Positions 42,690-55,162 of a stretch of DNA of 64,000 nucleotides are shown one piece after another. The notes under the pieces were generated by a model. The model saw only the letters and a program-made list of their open reading frames with translations, was not told where the DNA came from and did not search any database. The DNA is taken from positions 89,776,001 to 89,840,000 of the forward strand of contig OZ024742.1 in NCBI GenBank assembly GCA_964016885.1. Direction: 5' to 3'. Positions within the stretch are counted from its first letter, which is position 1, and each line of letters opens with the position of its first letter. Source of the DNA: Eledone cirrhosa. Taxonomy: Eukaryota. Both the position numbers and the translations under genes were made by a program.

Positions 42690-43040
42690 ATATAATTACA
42701 CACAAACAACGGACAACAGAGGCCACGTATTTTTATGTATATATATATATAATTACATATATAAAAAATTGCAGATGGGTAAATCTCCGGGTAACAGAAT
42801 CCGGTGCTGAAGAGAGAGATGTAAGAGAAAATTTAGAATGTGATATATAGTGTGTAGAGGAACGTAGAAAAGAACGTAAAAATAAAAATAACACAAGATA
42901 GAGTTACCTTGGGAGAGATTTAATTGTCCCTATATTTCGGATTTCGCATCCATCAACTGGGCTTTTCCGAGGGGGAATGTTATCTGACGGAGAGGAACGG
43001 TACGGGGCCGCTGTTGTCCGCTGTTTGTGTGTAATTATAT
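42690..43040. repeat. Element with ~45-bp terminal inverted repeats (MITE or PLE-tail foldback)
   Basis: ATAATTACACACAAACAACGGACAACAGAGGCCACGTA at the left is mirrored by TACGGGGCCGCTGTTGTCCGCTGTTTGTGTGTAATTAT at the right. Confidence 0.45.
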
Positions 43041-43051
43041 GTATATATATA

Positions 43052-44236
43052 TAATTACAAAAAGTTATGAAACGAAAAGAACTGTGTGGTTATTAAAAAA
43101 ACGTTTAGGATGGTGGTTTGGACTGAACAGGAGGAGAAAGGAAGAAAGGAGTTTCTATCGTCAGCTGTAAATGTTTCCCGAACCGATGTTTCGGCGCTGA
43201 ATTACAGGACATCGGTGTATTTCGGGTGCGCCTGATGCATTTTATTAATCAAAAGGCCATGTGGAAAAGGAGAGAGAAAGAGAGAAAAATGGGGGAGAAA
43301 AAAGGATAGAGAAAAGGAAAGAGAGGGAAGGAGGAAGAACAGGGGGGGGGGTATGGAGAGAGAAAGAAGGGGGGAGGGAAAAGGCGAAAAAATAGGAAAG
43401 GAATAGAACAAAAAAGTGTACAGGTCCCATCGTGGGAAGACACAGGTGAAAGAAACATGCAAAAAAGTAACCATGGAAAAATAAGGAAAGTAAGTTGTGG
43501 CCAACCTGGGAGACTTTGCCTGGGGGTCAGCTACAACTCAGAGCTGGTATAAGCGTGCTGCCTCTCACATAGACAGGAGAAAGTGAGAGAGAGACACGGG
43601 CAACCAAAAGTGAGGAGGACAAGGGAAAGGGAGATCATCCAGAAGGGTTTTTTTTACGACGGTGGTAAAAACGAGCCGCAAAGATTGCGGACAGAGAGGC
43701 CACCACGGCACGTGTAAATATGTCAACAATCAAAACTGAGGAAAAACGAGAGTGAGGAGGAGAGGGAGAGAGAGAGAAGGGAGGATCTATGCGAAGGGAA
43801 CACAGATCGATCAAAGCAGGTAGGGTCACAGCGGTAAATACAAAAAGTTATGAAACGAAAGAAGTTGTGTGGTTACTAAAACAAGGTTTAGGGTGGTGGT
43901 TAAGACGGAACAGGAGGAGAGAAGAAGAAAGGAGTTTCCATCGTCAGCTGTAAATGTTTCCCGAACCGAAGTTTCGGCGCTGAATTACAGGACATCGGTG
44001 TATTTCGGGTGCGCCCGAGGCCTTTTATTAATCAAAAGGCGAGGTGGAAAGGAGAGAGAAAGAGAGACAAAAAGGGGAGAAAAAGGAGAGAGAAAAGGAA
44101 AAAGAGGGAAATGAGGAAGAACAGCGAGTGGGGGGGGGGAAGGGAAAAGGCGAAAAAATAGGAAAGGAATAGGAGAAAAAAAGTGTCAGGTCCTATCGTG
44201 AGAAGACACAGGTGAAAGATACATGCAAAATAAGTA
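43052..44236 (-). mobile_element. Two direct repeats (~400 bp; 43052-43470, 43838-44236), probably tandem pLTRs, each with an atypical hammerhead-like motif
   Basis: The shared start TACAAAAAGTTATGAAACGAAAAGAA and a conserved structured core occur in both copies. Confidence 0.7.
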
Positions 44237-44248
44237 ATTTATATATGA

Positions 44249-45675
44249 CTAGCAGTTTAGCCCGGCGTTGCTCGGGTTTGTTCATTTGCAATGAAAGCTT
44301 TCATACAGGTAAACGTGGCTTAAAAGCGAATAAGCTTATCAATTAAGTGCATAAAGCAGTTGAAACGGTTATTAAAAGTTACGAACCAATTAGCATTTTT
44401 GACAATCAATGATGGGTTAATAATCTTCCAATAGCGAATTTAGCAGACCAAGGTTGCAAGCTGGTGGCCCTGATGCGGCTGGGTGTCAGATCTGTCCGCC
44501 GTGGGTGACCCTACCAGGAAATAATTTTCCAGACGGCATAACTCCAACACCTCCAACACCTGCACCAACATCTATAGCACCTCGTTGTAGACGATATTGC
44601 GTGTCATCACTTGAGCAGTGTAAGCAAAAAGTCTATTCCTGCTCCCTACGCGGGAATAGGCAACATAAAGTTGGCCATGGGAGAAGCATCGCTCCCCCAA
44701 ATGGATGCCCGCCACCGACAATGTTTACCCTTGTAACTTATTAATGAACATGGCAAAACATGGTCTCACCGGGAATTGGGATCACCGGAAATCGAACAGG
44801 ATATGTGACGCCGAGAGGAAAGCTTCATCCTTGGCAGTGTTCGGTAGAATTGCCAAAAATACAACACTATGGGTGTTGTCATGTTAATATTTAACCAATT
44901 AAAGTCGTAAAAAATAAATAATTTAAACATTCCGATTCATATGTCTATATCATTAATCTGTTATATGAAGTGTTATTTTGCGGGTTGTTATTTGCAATAA
45001 GCCGATTTAAAATGCCCACGAAAACCGTATGTCAATACGGAACTCCAATGACTCCCCCAGCAGTTAAATTATAGAGAGGGGGAACAATCTATTATAGAGA
45101 GAGAGAGAGGAGCGACGGAGAGAGTAAAACTAAGAAACTATATGGAGGTGTGTAAAACAGTGTTGTCATATAGAAGTGAAGAGCGACAGAGAGAGTAAAG
45201 TAGTTAAATATTAGAGAGGGGGAATGATCTATTATAGAGAGAGGGAAGAGCGACGGAGAGAGTATAGCTGTTTGTTATTGTATAAATTAATGTGTTGCTT
45301 AGTTTTCAAAGTTTGTGTCGCGTTGATAGGGTAGTAGAGAGAGGCATTAACCTTTTAAAGAGAGTTGCCGAGGGGAGTAGAGGGAGGGATGAATCTTTTA
45401 AAGAGAGTTGCAACATGTATGTAGTTTAATAGATTGTTGAGGATAGTAGAGAGAGGCATTAAGCGTGTAAGAGAGGGTGTTACAACGTGTATTTAGTTTT
45501 ATCGATTTTTTTCTAAAAGCAGGAAATGTTTTGCAAAGTTTATTACGCGATGACCATCGCTGGTAAATTTGGAGCACATTGGACAAAAAATCATCACAAT
45601 TGGTAGAGAAATGTGGAAATGCATAAAAATCATACACACACAGATACAGACATCTTTGTTTTATATATATAGAGA
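44249..45675 (-). mobile_element. Helitron deletion derivative
   Basis: The minus strand starts A|TCTCTATATATATAAAAC and ends CCCGAGCAACGCCGGG-CTAAACTG-CTAG|T. It contains a helicase remnant. Confidence 0.88.
44572..44850 (-). pseudogene. Helitron Rep/Helicase C-terminus (Pif1-family helicase motifs V-VI)
   Basis: My translation of the minus strand is FDFR*SQFPVRPCFAMFINKLQG*TLSVAGIHLGERCFSHGQLYVAYSRVGSRNRL...TRNIVYNEVL*. It is not in the ORF track. Confidence 0.9.
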
Positions 45676-45858
45676 TTATATATATATTCATATATATTCA
45701 TATATATGTAATCATATATATATAATCATATATATATATATAATCATATATATATATATATATAATCATATATATATATAATCATACATATATAACCATA
45801 TATATATATATATAATCATATGAATATATATATAATCATATGAATATATATATATATA

Positions 45859-45909
<51 letters not shown>

Positions 45910-45985
45910 GATATTAATAAATGGAAACTATATTAATCTCACTAGTTATATATATATATAATTATATATATATATATATATAATC

Positions 45986-46059
<74 letters not shown>

Positions 46060-46524
46060 TATATATATATATAATTATATATATATATAATTATATATAT
46101 ATATATAATTATATATATATATAAATAATTATATATATGTAATAGTATATATATATATATATATATATAATTATATATATATATATGTGTGTGTGCGTGT
46201 CTGTGTGTGTGTAAAATGTAAACAGAAATAACAACTTAATCGGTACAGTATATGGAAGGTATATATTAGGTTAACGCTTGATATAGCAGGAACGGGGTCT
46301 TAACGTTTTTGACGCTAGTCCTTCATAAATAAAAGAATGAGAAATAAAATAGATTGAGGGGACGGTCGGGATGGAATTGGAAAAAATGTGTTTAGATAAA
46401 AATAACAGGTTCATTCATGTTGACATCTCTTGCAAAATTGGTGCTGCTGGCGTTTTGTGTATGACTTGTTTTTTATAAAAGTGGATGATAGAGCGCGTCT
46501 ACCTGAAATGGATAAAAAACCGTA

Positions 46525-46558
<34 letters not shown>

Positions 46559-46559
46559 C

Positions 46560-47372
46560 CGACATGCATTGTACTGGGTCTACCTTGTTATATACATTGA
46601 ACTTTGGTTGTAGTTGTAGAATTTGTTGTTCTTCTCCACTGGTTATAGTGTTACCATATATGTTTAGTGATGCTGTTTAGTAGACTCTGTAGGTAATATG
46701 ACATCTGTTATACAGATATTGTCGATCCTGTCAGGATATATTTGTAAGTTTTTTCTCTTTTTCTGTTGTTTTTTGTCCTTCCTCTATCTTAATCTCTTAT
46801 TGAAATGCTTATTGCATTCGTTTTGAGCCTATATTGTTTCATGTCGAATGATATTCATGAGTTTATTTATCTCGTTTGGTATGGTGAGATTTTACATTTC
46901 ATTAACGTTAACGCGTTTCTGTTTCTAATGTTCATTAATTTGTTTACATGCTATTCATTTCGTTAAGGTGCATATTAGGCGTTCGGCTTGTGTTTTTTTA
47001 GTAGTAAATTATTTACTAGTTTTAAGAAGGTTACAGTGTATATTTTGAAGAAACAGTGCTTTAAAAAGCGAATTTGTTCTGTTGTTATTGTAGTTTTTAT
47101 ATAACAGAAAACAGTGACTTTTAATAACCTTTCAGCTTGGCATAAGCTGGTGCCGTGACGGCGATGAATTTGTTTTGAGAGGTTTTTGATATGAAATCGT
47201 GTGTCGAAACACATATTATTATACTTGGGGTGGGTCATATTGTTATAATATTGCAAGAGATAATAACAGAACACACTCACTGTTTGGTTTGGGTTGGTTT
47301 TCGCTTCAGTATATTTTTATTTCCATAGTTAATTTAAATGGCAATCAATGTTTTTCATTGATTGATCAACGG
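46560..47372 (-). pseudogene. 5' part (pLTR tail plus ORF N-terminus) of the PLE family at 26290 and 57420
   Basis: 47219-47372 matches 26290-26440. MTHPKYNNMCFDTRFHIKNLSKQIHRRHG resembles [28 protein letters not shown] at 57420-57502. Confidence 0.6.
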
Positions 47373-47377
47373 TTAAA

Positions 47378-47444
<67 letters not shown>

Positions 47445-47449
47445 GAGGT

Positions 47450-47485
<36 letters not shown>

Positions 47486-47611
47486 TATACTCTATCAAAT
47501 ATATATAATTATACATATATATATGATTAAACATATATATATAAACGGAAATAATTGTTTCTACTTTAGGCACAAGGCCAGCAATTACCCAGTGTATTAC
47601 TGGTACTATAT

Positions 47612-48687
47612 AAACTGAAATAATGAAACGAAATTTCATTTCTCACACTTAGTACGGCTGTTACTTAAATATAAGTATGTATACGTACATACATATATGT
47701 ATACAGACGTACAGTAGTATGTATATATATATACATAATGCATACATATATATATATGTACGTATGGATTCACCGAACATTTATTACAATGCTCGGTGTG
47801 TTTGTAAACAAACATCCCGAATTAGGCGGTACAGTGTCTAGCAACCATCGTTGCTCTTTTGTTCAACACAGACAAAGGAACTATGTACTAGTTTCAAGCT
47901 TATTAGCTATCGTCAGCAACGTATACCTTCGTGCCAGATGATTGAACGTCTGAAAGTTTATACTTTCCTTATGCATATTAACGGCTGAGCAGCCTAATTT
48001 GCATATCGAGTGAGTTAATCGGCCGAGCGCACCGAAAACGATAAACGGAAAAAATGAAACGAAATTTCATTTCTCACTCTTAGTACGGCTGTTACTTAAA
48101 TATAAGTATGTATACGTACATACATATATGTATACAGATGTAAAGTAGTATATATATATATGTAATATACATACTACTGTACGTCTGTATACATATATGT
48201 ATGTACGTATACATACTTATATTTAAGTAACCGCCGTACTAAGAGTGAGAAATGAAATTTCGTTTCATTTTTTCCGTTTATCGTTTTCGGTGCGCCCGGC
48301 CGATTAACTCACTCGATATGCAAATTAGGCTGCTCAGCCGTTAATATGCATAAGGAAAGTATATACTTTCAGTCGTTCAATCATCTGGCAGGAAGGTATA
48401 CGTTGCTGACGATAGCTAATAAATTTGAAACTAGTACAGCGTTCCTTTGTCAGTGTTGAACAAAAGAGCAACGATGGTTGCTAGACACTGTACAACTTAA
48501 TTCGTGATGTTTGTTTACAAACACACCGAGCATTATAAATGTTCGGTGAACCCATACGTACATATATATATATATATGTGTGCATTTATGTATATATATA
48601 TACATAATACTGCACGTCTGTATACATATATGTATGTACGTATACATACTTATACATATATATATAATTATACATATATATATAATT

Positions 48688-48730
<43 letters not shown>

Positions 48731-49085
48731 TATACATATATATTTATATGTATATATATATTTATATATATATATAAATGTAAGTATGTATACGTACATA
48801 CATATATGTGTCGTTCCTGTGTCAGTGTTGAACAAAAAGGTGACGATGGTTACCTGAACACTGTACAGGGTAATTCGAGCTGTTTGTTTACAAACAAAGC
48901 GAACATTATAATAAATGTTCGGTAAACCCATATGTACATATATATATGTGTGCATGTATGTATATATATACATACTACTGTATGTCTGTATACATATATG
49001 TATGTACGTATACATACATACTTAAAATTTAAGTATCAGCCGTAATAAGAGTGAGAAATGAAATTTCGTTTCATTCTTTTCCATT
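47612..49085. mobile_element. Second locus of the ~420-bp hammerhead monomer, arranged as inverted tandem units
   Basis: 47612-48160 is in the same orientation as the 10665 array and 48165-49085 is inverted. Hammerheads lie at ~47882-47921 (minus) and 48400-48442 (plus). Confidence 0.85.
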
Positions 49086-49124
49086 TATATATATATATAA
49101 TTATATATACTTATATATATATAT

Positions 49125-49880
49125 CTTTCGTTTCTGAATTTGATTAGCAAGATTCTTTATCTGAAAACGTGTGTTGAAACCGATATTGTTATGCTTTGGG
49201 AGGGTCATTTTGCCAATAAGAAACACACGCACCAGTTGCTTTCACTCCAATTTATTATATAATTTAAATTTATATATTTAAGAATTTATAAATTTCCGGT
49301 TGGTTGGTTGGTTCCACAACCGGACGGTTGTTCATAAATTGTCAAAGTTCTTTCGTCACACATTCTGTGACCTCTACAGTGACTGGATATTCTTTTCTTT
49401 GTTTTTGTGCCTCTCCTTTGTTCTGTCCTACGCTATCTTGTTTAAATAGAAAACATGAATGGAAAAGCAACATCACAACTTACAAGAAAGGACAAAATGA
49501 AAACACACACACACATAGAACAAACAACCAGCCAGTAGCATGTAAATAAACAAATAAACAAATATAAACACACACAGACACCCTGATGTAACACATGCGC
49601 AAACTAGGCACACAACACACACAAGAACAAGATGGCGTAGGCCATAACAAAGGAAAGGCACAAAAACAAAGAAAATAATCCTCAGTCACTGAAGAGGTCA
49701 CAGAATGTGTGACGAAAGAACTTTGACAATATATGAACAACCCTCCGGTTGTGGAACCAACCAACCAACCGGAAATTTATAAATTCTTAAATTTATGAAT
49801 TTAATTTATAATAAATTGGAGTGAAAGCAACTGGTGCGTGTGTTTCTTATTGGCAACATAACCCTCCCAAAGCATAACCA
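49125..49880. repeat. Foldback of the pLTR of the 57420-59500 family; intact hammerhead at 49685-49727 (+)
   Basis: GTCA-CTGAAGA-G-GTCACA-GAATG-TGTGAC-GAAA-GAAC-TT-TGAC; the mirror copy at ~49341-49383 has CTGTAGA. Confidence 0.85.
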
Positions 49881-49904
49881 TATATATATATATATATATA
49901 TCTA

Positions 49905-52900
49905 TAGTTAAAACTTAGACCGGACAAAAAGCGAGATGCAGTACAAATATGAGTTTATTATATTCACGCTTTTGAATGTGGGGCGGGGGACGTTTGGAGA
50001 AATGTGGGTAGGAAGAGAGTTCCGAGGGTGTGTGGGGGAGTGATGGAAAGACATTTAGTAAAAAGGGTTGAGAGAAAGGGGAGGAAAAACGATTGAAGAA
50101 GTACAAATAAAAATTAAAATAACTATAAAAATAAACATAAAAATAAACAAGTGGTGGAAGGGTGTGAGGCGTGTAGGGGTGGTGGCGGGTGGAGTTGGGA
50201 GAGCGAGGCGGGGGGTCCGAGCGGGGAGAGCTAAAGGTGGTGTTTGTGTATGTGTGTAGGTGTACGTGTGTGTATGTGTGTGTGTGCGTGTGTATGTGAA
50301 TGTGAGAGTTGGGGGAAGAATGAGGTTCCATGTTCAGGAAAAGGTGTGTGCGTGGGGTGGGGTGTAAGTCGGTGCGTGCGTGCGTGTGGATGGAGAGGGG
50401 TCAGAGGAGTGAGGGACGGTGACGTGTGGATTCCTGAGGCTGAGTGTGTATATGTGGGGATACGCACGTGTGTGTTTCTGTTTATACGTGGTGTGGATGT
50501 AGGTGGCGTGGTTCTAAAAAAAATGTGGGTGTTTGTTCGTGGGTAAGTTCCTAAGGTAGTTCCGTGGTGTGTGCAATAAGATGTTGGATATTTCTCATGT
50601 TATAGAGTGGATTGATGGAACGATGACCGGTAGTTTGGAATCCATTAGTGGTTGTGGTCGTAAGTGGTGAGATGTGGGGTACGCGCGCAACAGGAAGTGG
50701 TCAGAGAGTCAAGGCAGGGTGAAGACATAGTAGTAGACGGGGATGACAGGTGGAGAAATGGTCTGAATGTGGTGAGGACTGTGTGACTGTGTGCGGAGGT
50801 GCGGTGGACAGGGGAGAGGATGGGTAGGTGTGAAAGTTGGAGGGGGATGGTGGTGATGTGGGGCGATGAGGTGTATATTAGTAGAGGTGTTAGTAGGATG
50901 TGTGTCTGTGAAGGGGTGTAGGTGGAGCAGGGAGAGGGAGAGGGAAAGAAAAGTGTTGAGGACGGAGGATGGATTGTAGAGTACTGGTGTGTGTGTGCGT
51001 GTTTGGATGAGTGTGTGTGTGGTAGAGGGGGTGTTAGTGGGAATTATTAGTAGTGGGGAAAGGGTTGAATGCGGGTGTGTTGCTGGGGGTTGGTGGGGGT
51101 TGGTGGTGTGGAGTGCGTGATGTACGTAGGTGTGGGTGTGTGTGTGTGTGATGGTGTGTGTTCGTGTGCGTGTGGTCGGGGGTATGTTAGTGATATTAGT
51201 TGCGGGGTGGTCGGAGTGGATGTGTGGGTGAGGGTTAGTGGTGGTAGTAGGGTGTGTGGATAGTGTGAGTGCGTGTATATATGTACAGGTGGGTGTGTGC
51301 GTGTGTGGTGTGTGGGTGCACGTGTTTTACGGGAAGGGGCGTGGATGTAGTATCCGCCGGGGTGTAGTATGGGGGCGTTAATTTTATTAGTTGTGGGTGG
51401 GCCAATCGTGGTGGGGCGGTGAAACGGAGGAGTGTGTGTTAGTGGGGGATGTGTGCGGGGAAGGTGGGCGGTCGAAGGCTAAAGGAATAGGGATCGAGAT
51501 TTCAGGCCGGGGGTGTGTGTGGGTCTGTAGTGTGAAGATGGTGTGTTGTTCGACCATGAGGCGGGTGGCGGGTGTTCCATGGCATTGGAGTAGGCCACAT
51601 ACTGTGAGGTGGTGGGCGGAATGTCCAGGGGAGCCAAAGTGGCGGGCGATGGGGGAACTCCTGCCGAGACGAATATCCCGGAGGTGTTAGGTGAAACGGC
51701 CCACCAGGCGACGTCCAGTCTGTCCGACGTAGGTTGCGCTACACTCCGTGCAGCTAAGTCCATATACTAGGTTGGAGGAGGTGCAGCTGAAGGCGTGCCG
51801 GACAGAAAGAGAGTGGCCGTTGGAACCCTGGAAGGTGGTGGTGTTGGTGATGTGGTGGCAGGTGTGGAAGCGAGGCCTGGAGCAGGGAAGGGAACTGGTG
51901 GGGGTCAAGGGTTGGGGTTATGGAGCTGCGGACGAGGAGGGTGCGGGGATTTGGCGCGCGTTTGAAGGAGGGGAGTGGTGGGGACGGGAAGATGGGAGAG
52001 GTGGAGGGGTCGGACTAGAGGCGTCGGAAGAAGCGGAGTATGGTACGGTAAGGTGGAGCGGTGGTAGTTGATGGGGAAGGGGAGACGGTTGGTGGGTGTG
52101 CGGTGGCGTGTGTGAGGACGGTGGAGCGGTGGACAGCACGGGCACGAGTGAGGGCGGTGTGGACGAGGGCGTTAATCTCTCCGGATGAAATGGCTGACTA
52201 AGGAAAGGGCCTGGGACTCAAAGTCAGCATCTCGGCTGCAGAGGCGGCGGATCCGGAGGAGTAGGGAGTGTTTTGTGTGTGTGTAAGGTGGGAGGAGGTG
52301 AAGTCCAGTTAGGATTGGGAGGAGGTGGGTTTTAAGAAGGCGGAGGTGACAAGGGACCGGTGGCCGTGCGTGGTGGAGATAGAGGTGGTGAAGTGGAGGG
52401 AGGGGTGGAAGGAGATGTCTAAGAAGTGGACGTGGGTGGTGGTATAGAGGTGGTGAAGTGGAGGGAGGGGTGGAAGGAGCAGAAGAAGGAGAGAAAGGAG
52501 TCGAGCTGTTCTCAGGTGAAGGTCGTGGCTCCGATACTATCGTCAATGTTACGACCGTACAGTTCGGGCGTGGGGCCGGTGTACCGGGCAAAGGTTTGCA
52601 TAGTTTGGGCCCATTCTTGTGCCTATGGCTATCTCCATGACCTGTTGGTAAAACTCACCCGAGAAGGAGAAACAGTTGAGGGTGAGGATCAGCTCGGCGA
52701 AGCGAAGGAGGATGGGGGAGGGGTCAAGTTCGAGGTAGTGTCAGAGGGCACGAAGGCCGAGGGCGTGGAGATGACAGAATAGAGGGACTTGATATCTTGG
52801 GTGAAGAGGAGGGGGTGTGGGCCGGGTGTGAAAGTGAGGGAGTCGAACAGGCGGATGGCGAGGTTGGTGTCGGAGATGTGAGAGGGGAGGGTGGTGACGA

Positions 52901-53800
52901 GGGGGCGAGGATGGAATCAAGAAAGGCGGAATGAGTTCGGTGGGGCAGTTGCAAGAGGAGACGATGGGGCGACCGGGGTTTGGGGAGGAAGTAGATAGTG
53001 GGGCTGCGGTGGGTGCGGACGATTTGATGGGAAACGGTGGGAGAGAGGAGGGAGGAGGAGATAACGTGCTGGATGGTGGGGGAAACTTGTTGTTGGTAGA
53101 GGGGTGTGGGTCGGAGAGTAGAGGGTGGTAGGAGAGTGGGTTACGGAGCTGCCTGAGGGCTTTGGCCGTCTAGAGGTCAGCGCGCCACACCACCACAGCG
53201 CCTCCCTTGCCCACCGGTTTGATGATGATGTCATCTTGGCTACGGAGGGAGCAGAGAGCGAAGAGTTTGCCCCGTATGATGTTATGCTGTTTGGAACGGT
53301 GGCGGAAGTCGAAGCGATTTACTGCGTTACGGGGCAGGCGTCGACGAACGTATCCAGGCTGCTAAATTGCCCTGGTGCCGGCGTCCAAGACGATGGTCAT
53401 CGGTCCAGGGCGAGAAACGGGTCTACGGCGTTCGGAGCCGGTGGGATTTGATGAAAATGGGCCTGTAGCTTCGTGCGTCGGACGAATCGCTCGACTTCCG
53501 TTCGGGTGCGGAACTCGTGGCTGTGCGGGGTGTGGGATATGAAGCGAAGGCCTCTACTGATGAGTGGACCCTCAGGTACGGAGAGGGGGAGGTCAGGGAT
53601 TATGGTGACAACAAGTGGGGGTGGGGCTGAGTGCGGTTTGTGTGTGATAAGGTGGGTGAGGGATGAGGGGCGTGTGAGATTGGGTAGGGTGTGAGACGGG
53701 GGAGGGGAGTTTGTGGTCGAGGGTGTTGGGGAGGGTTGGATGGGGGTCACGGGGATGGATGAGGGGTGGTGGAAGGTGGTGGTGGGGAGGAGTGAGTTAG
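49905..53800 (-). mobile_element. GC-rich PLE: RT + GIY-YIG pseudogene (~51420-53620), long 3'UTR and pLTR
   Basis: Motifs: LISRGLRF, PCSRPRFHTC, FSCTSSNLVYGLSCTECSATYVGQTGRRL, LLRIRRLCS. The RT is frameshifted with GVAMG/RYIDD-like remnants, and the pLTR matches 23020-23540. Confidence 0.85.
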
Positions 53801-53829
53801 CTTAAGATATATATATATATATAATTATA

Positions 53830-54970
53830 TGACGAAGAAAGTGTGGTAAGGAACGAGGTGGACCATAACGCACCAGAGTACTCGATACTCAGGTTAGTAG
53901 AGTGTGTAATAGGAAAAGAGTCCGGACCCCGACGGCTGAGCTCCGGCCGTTTCGACAGATAGATCCAAACTAAACCAGTAATTTTACGACGGTAGTGACC
54001 TAGCTGAAATTATCAATGGGTACAGTCCATATATGGTCATGCAATCAAAACATAGCGGTACTATCATATCAAATAATCTTAAAAATTGTTTTTCTTTTCT
54101 GTCACGGGGGGTGGTCAAAGATTGTGTGATGTCATATACATGGTTGAATTAAATACCTTCATAGCGGCGGTAGTCGGGTGGCTGAACTTCCCTGTAGAAC
54201 AAAGGGGAGGGAGTAAGGTGGTATTCTGTCCTCTGGATGCCAGGCCGGTCATGCGTAGAGAGAAATCTTTACAGCTATTTCTAAAGGGGGTAAGAACATA
54301 AGAGAAACAAGGCATATTATAGAGTGAATATTAGTATGCCAAGTCTAACAATTGGCTAACAGGCAGAGCAAATATAATTTAATACTAATTAAATTTCTAA
54401 TTCATAAAATTAAGTTGTTAGTTAGTCTAAAGCACTAGAACGGCACCTCAATGTAGTAATTTATCAATATTATCTTCCATAATGATACCCACCAACCCCA
54501 TAAAAACCATGGCTGTGTGTTCGGCCGGTACTATGTATATTTAACAAGAGTGAAATTATTTGGGTTAACCTAAGGAAGAATGAAAACTGAATATAGTAGT
54601 GTAGATATGCAATGATCCACCTAAGTATGATAAGAGTGTGTAACTAAGGAAGAAGAAAAAAATTAAAAATTAGAAAAAGATTTTTCTTCTTCTTTTCAAT
54701 CTCTTTTGCATATTTAAAGAAGGCCTTATGATTGTTTTAGTATTTTCTGTGGCCCTGATTTCTCGCTCTGCCCTCTCCTTCTCACTGGAAAATTTGAGAG
54801 CAGTTTCAATGTCAGGTAGTATTCCTTCTTGTTTTTTTTTTTTGTTATTCTTTTTGTGCATTCAGCTGGTTTGAGAGTTAAGTCCCTCGTCTCATAAGGA
54901 CTTTCCTGTCTATTGAAATAAGATTTCTGTGTCCGTTGGCCTTTTTCTCCGGGACAAACTTATGGCGTAT
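53830..54970 (-). mobile_element. Degraded PLE-related fragment with decayed hammerhead (~53921-54024)
   Basis: The minus strand reads GTACCCA-TTGATAA...GTC-GAAA-CGGCCGGAGCTCAGCCG-TC-GGGGTCC; the tail is shared with 29325 and 56940. Confidence 0.45.
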
Positions 54971-54977
54971 AATTATA

Positions 54978-55023
<46 letters not shown>

Positions 55024-55094
55024 TATGTACATATATAAAGTTATATATATGTATATATATATATATAAATTATATATACATAAATATATATATG

Positions 55095-55158
<64 letters not shown>

Positions 55159-55162
<4 letters not shown>

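Noticed and set aside
42925-42962. Hammerhead-like CAGTTGA-TGGAT-GCGAA-ATCC-GAAA-TATA on the minus strand; similar weak motifs at ~2523-2570, ~46275-46328 and ~60985-61023
   Set aside because: Each has two or more core substitutions, too decayed to call individually.
54670-54861. 66-aa-scale charged ORF as a host exon
   Set aside because: It is short, has no splice or domain support, and lies inside a degraded repeat. It is more likely a PLE N-terminal remnant.
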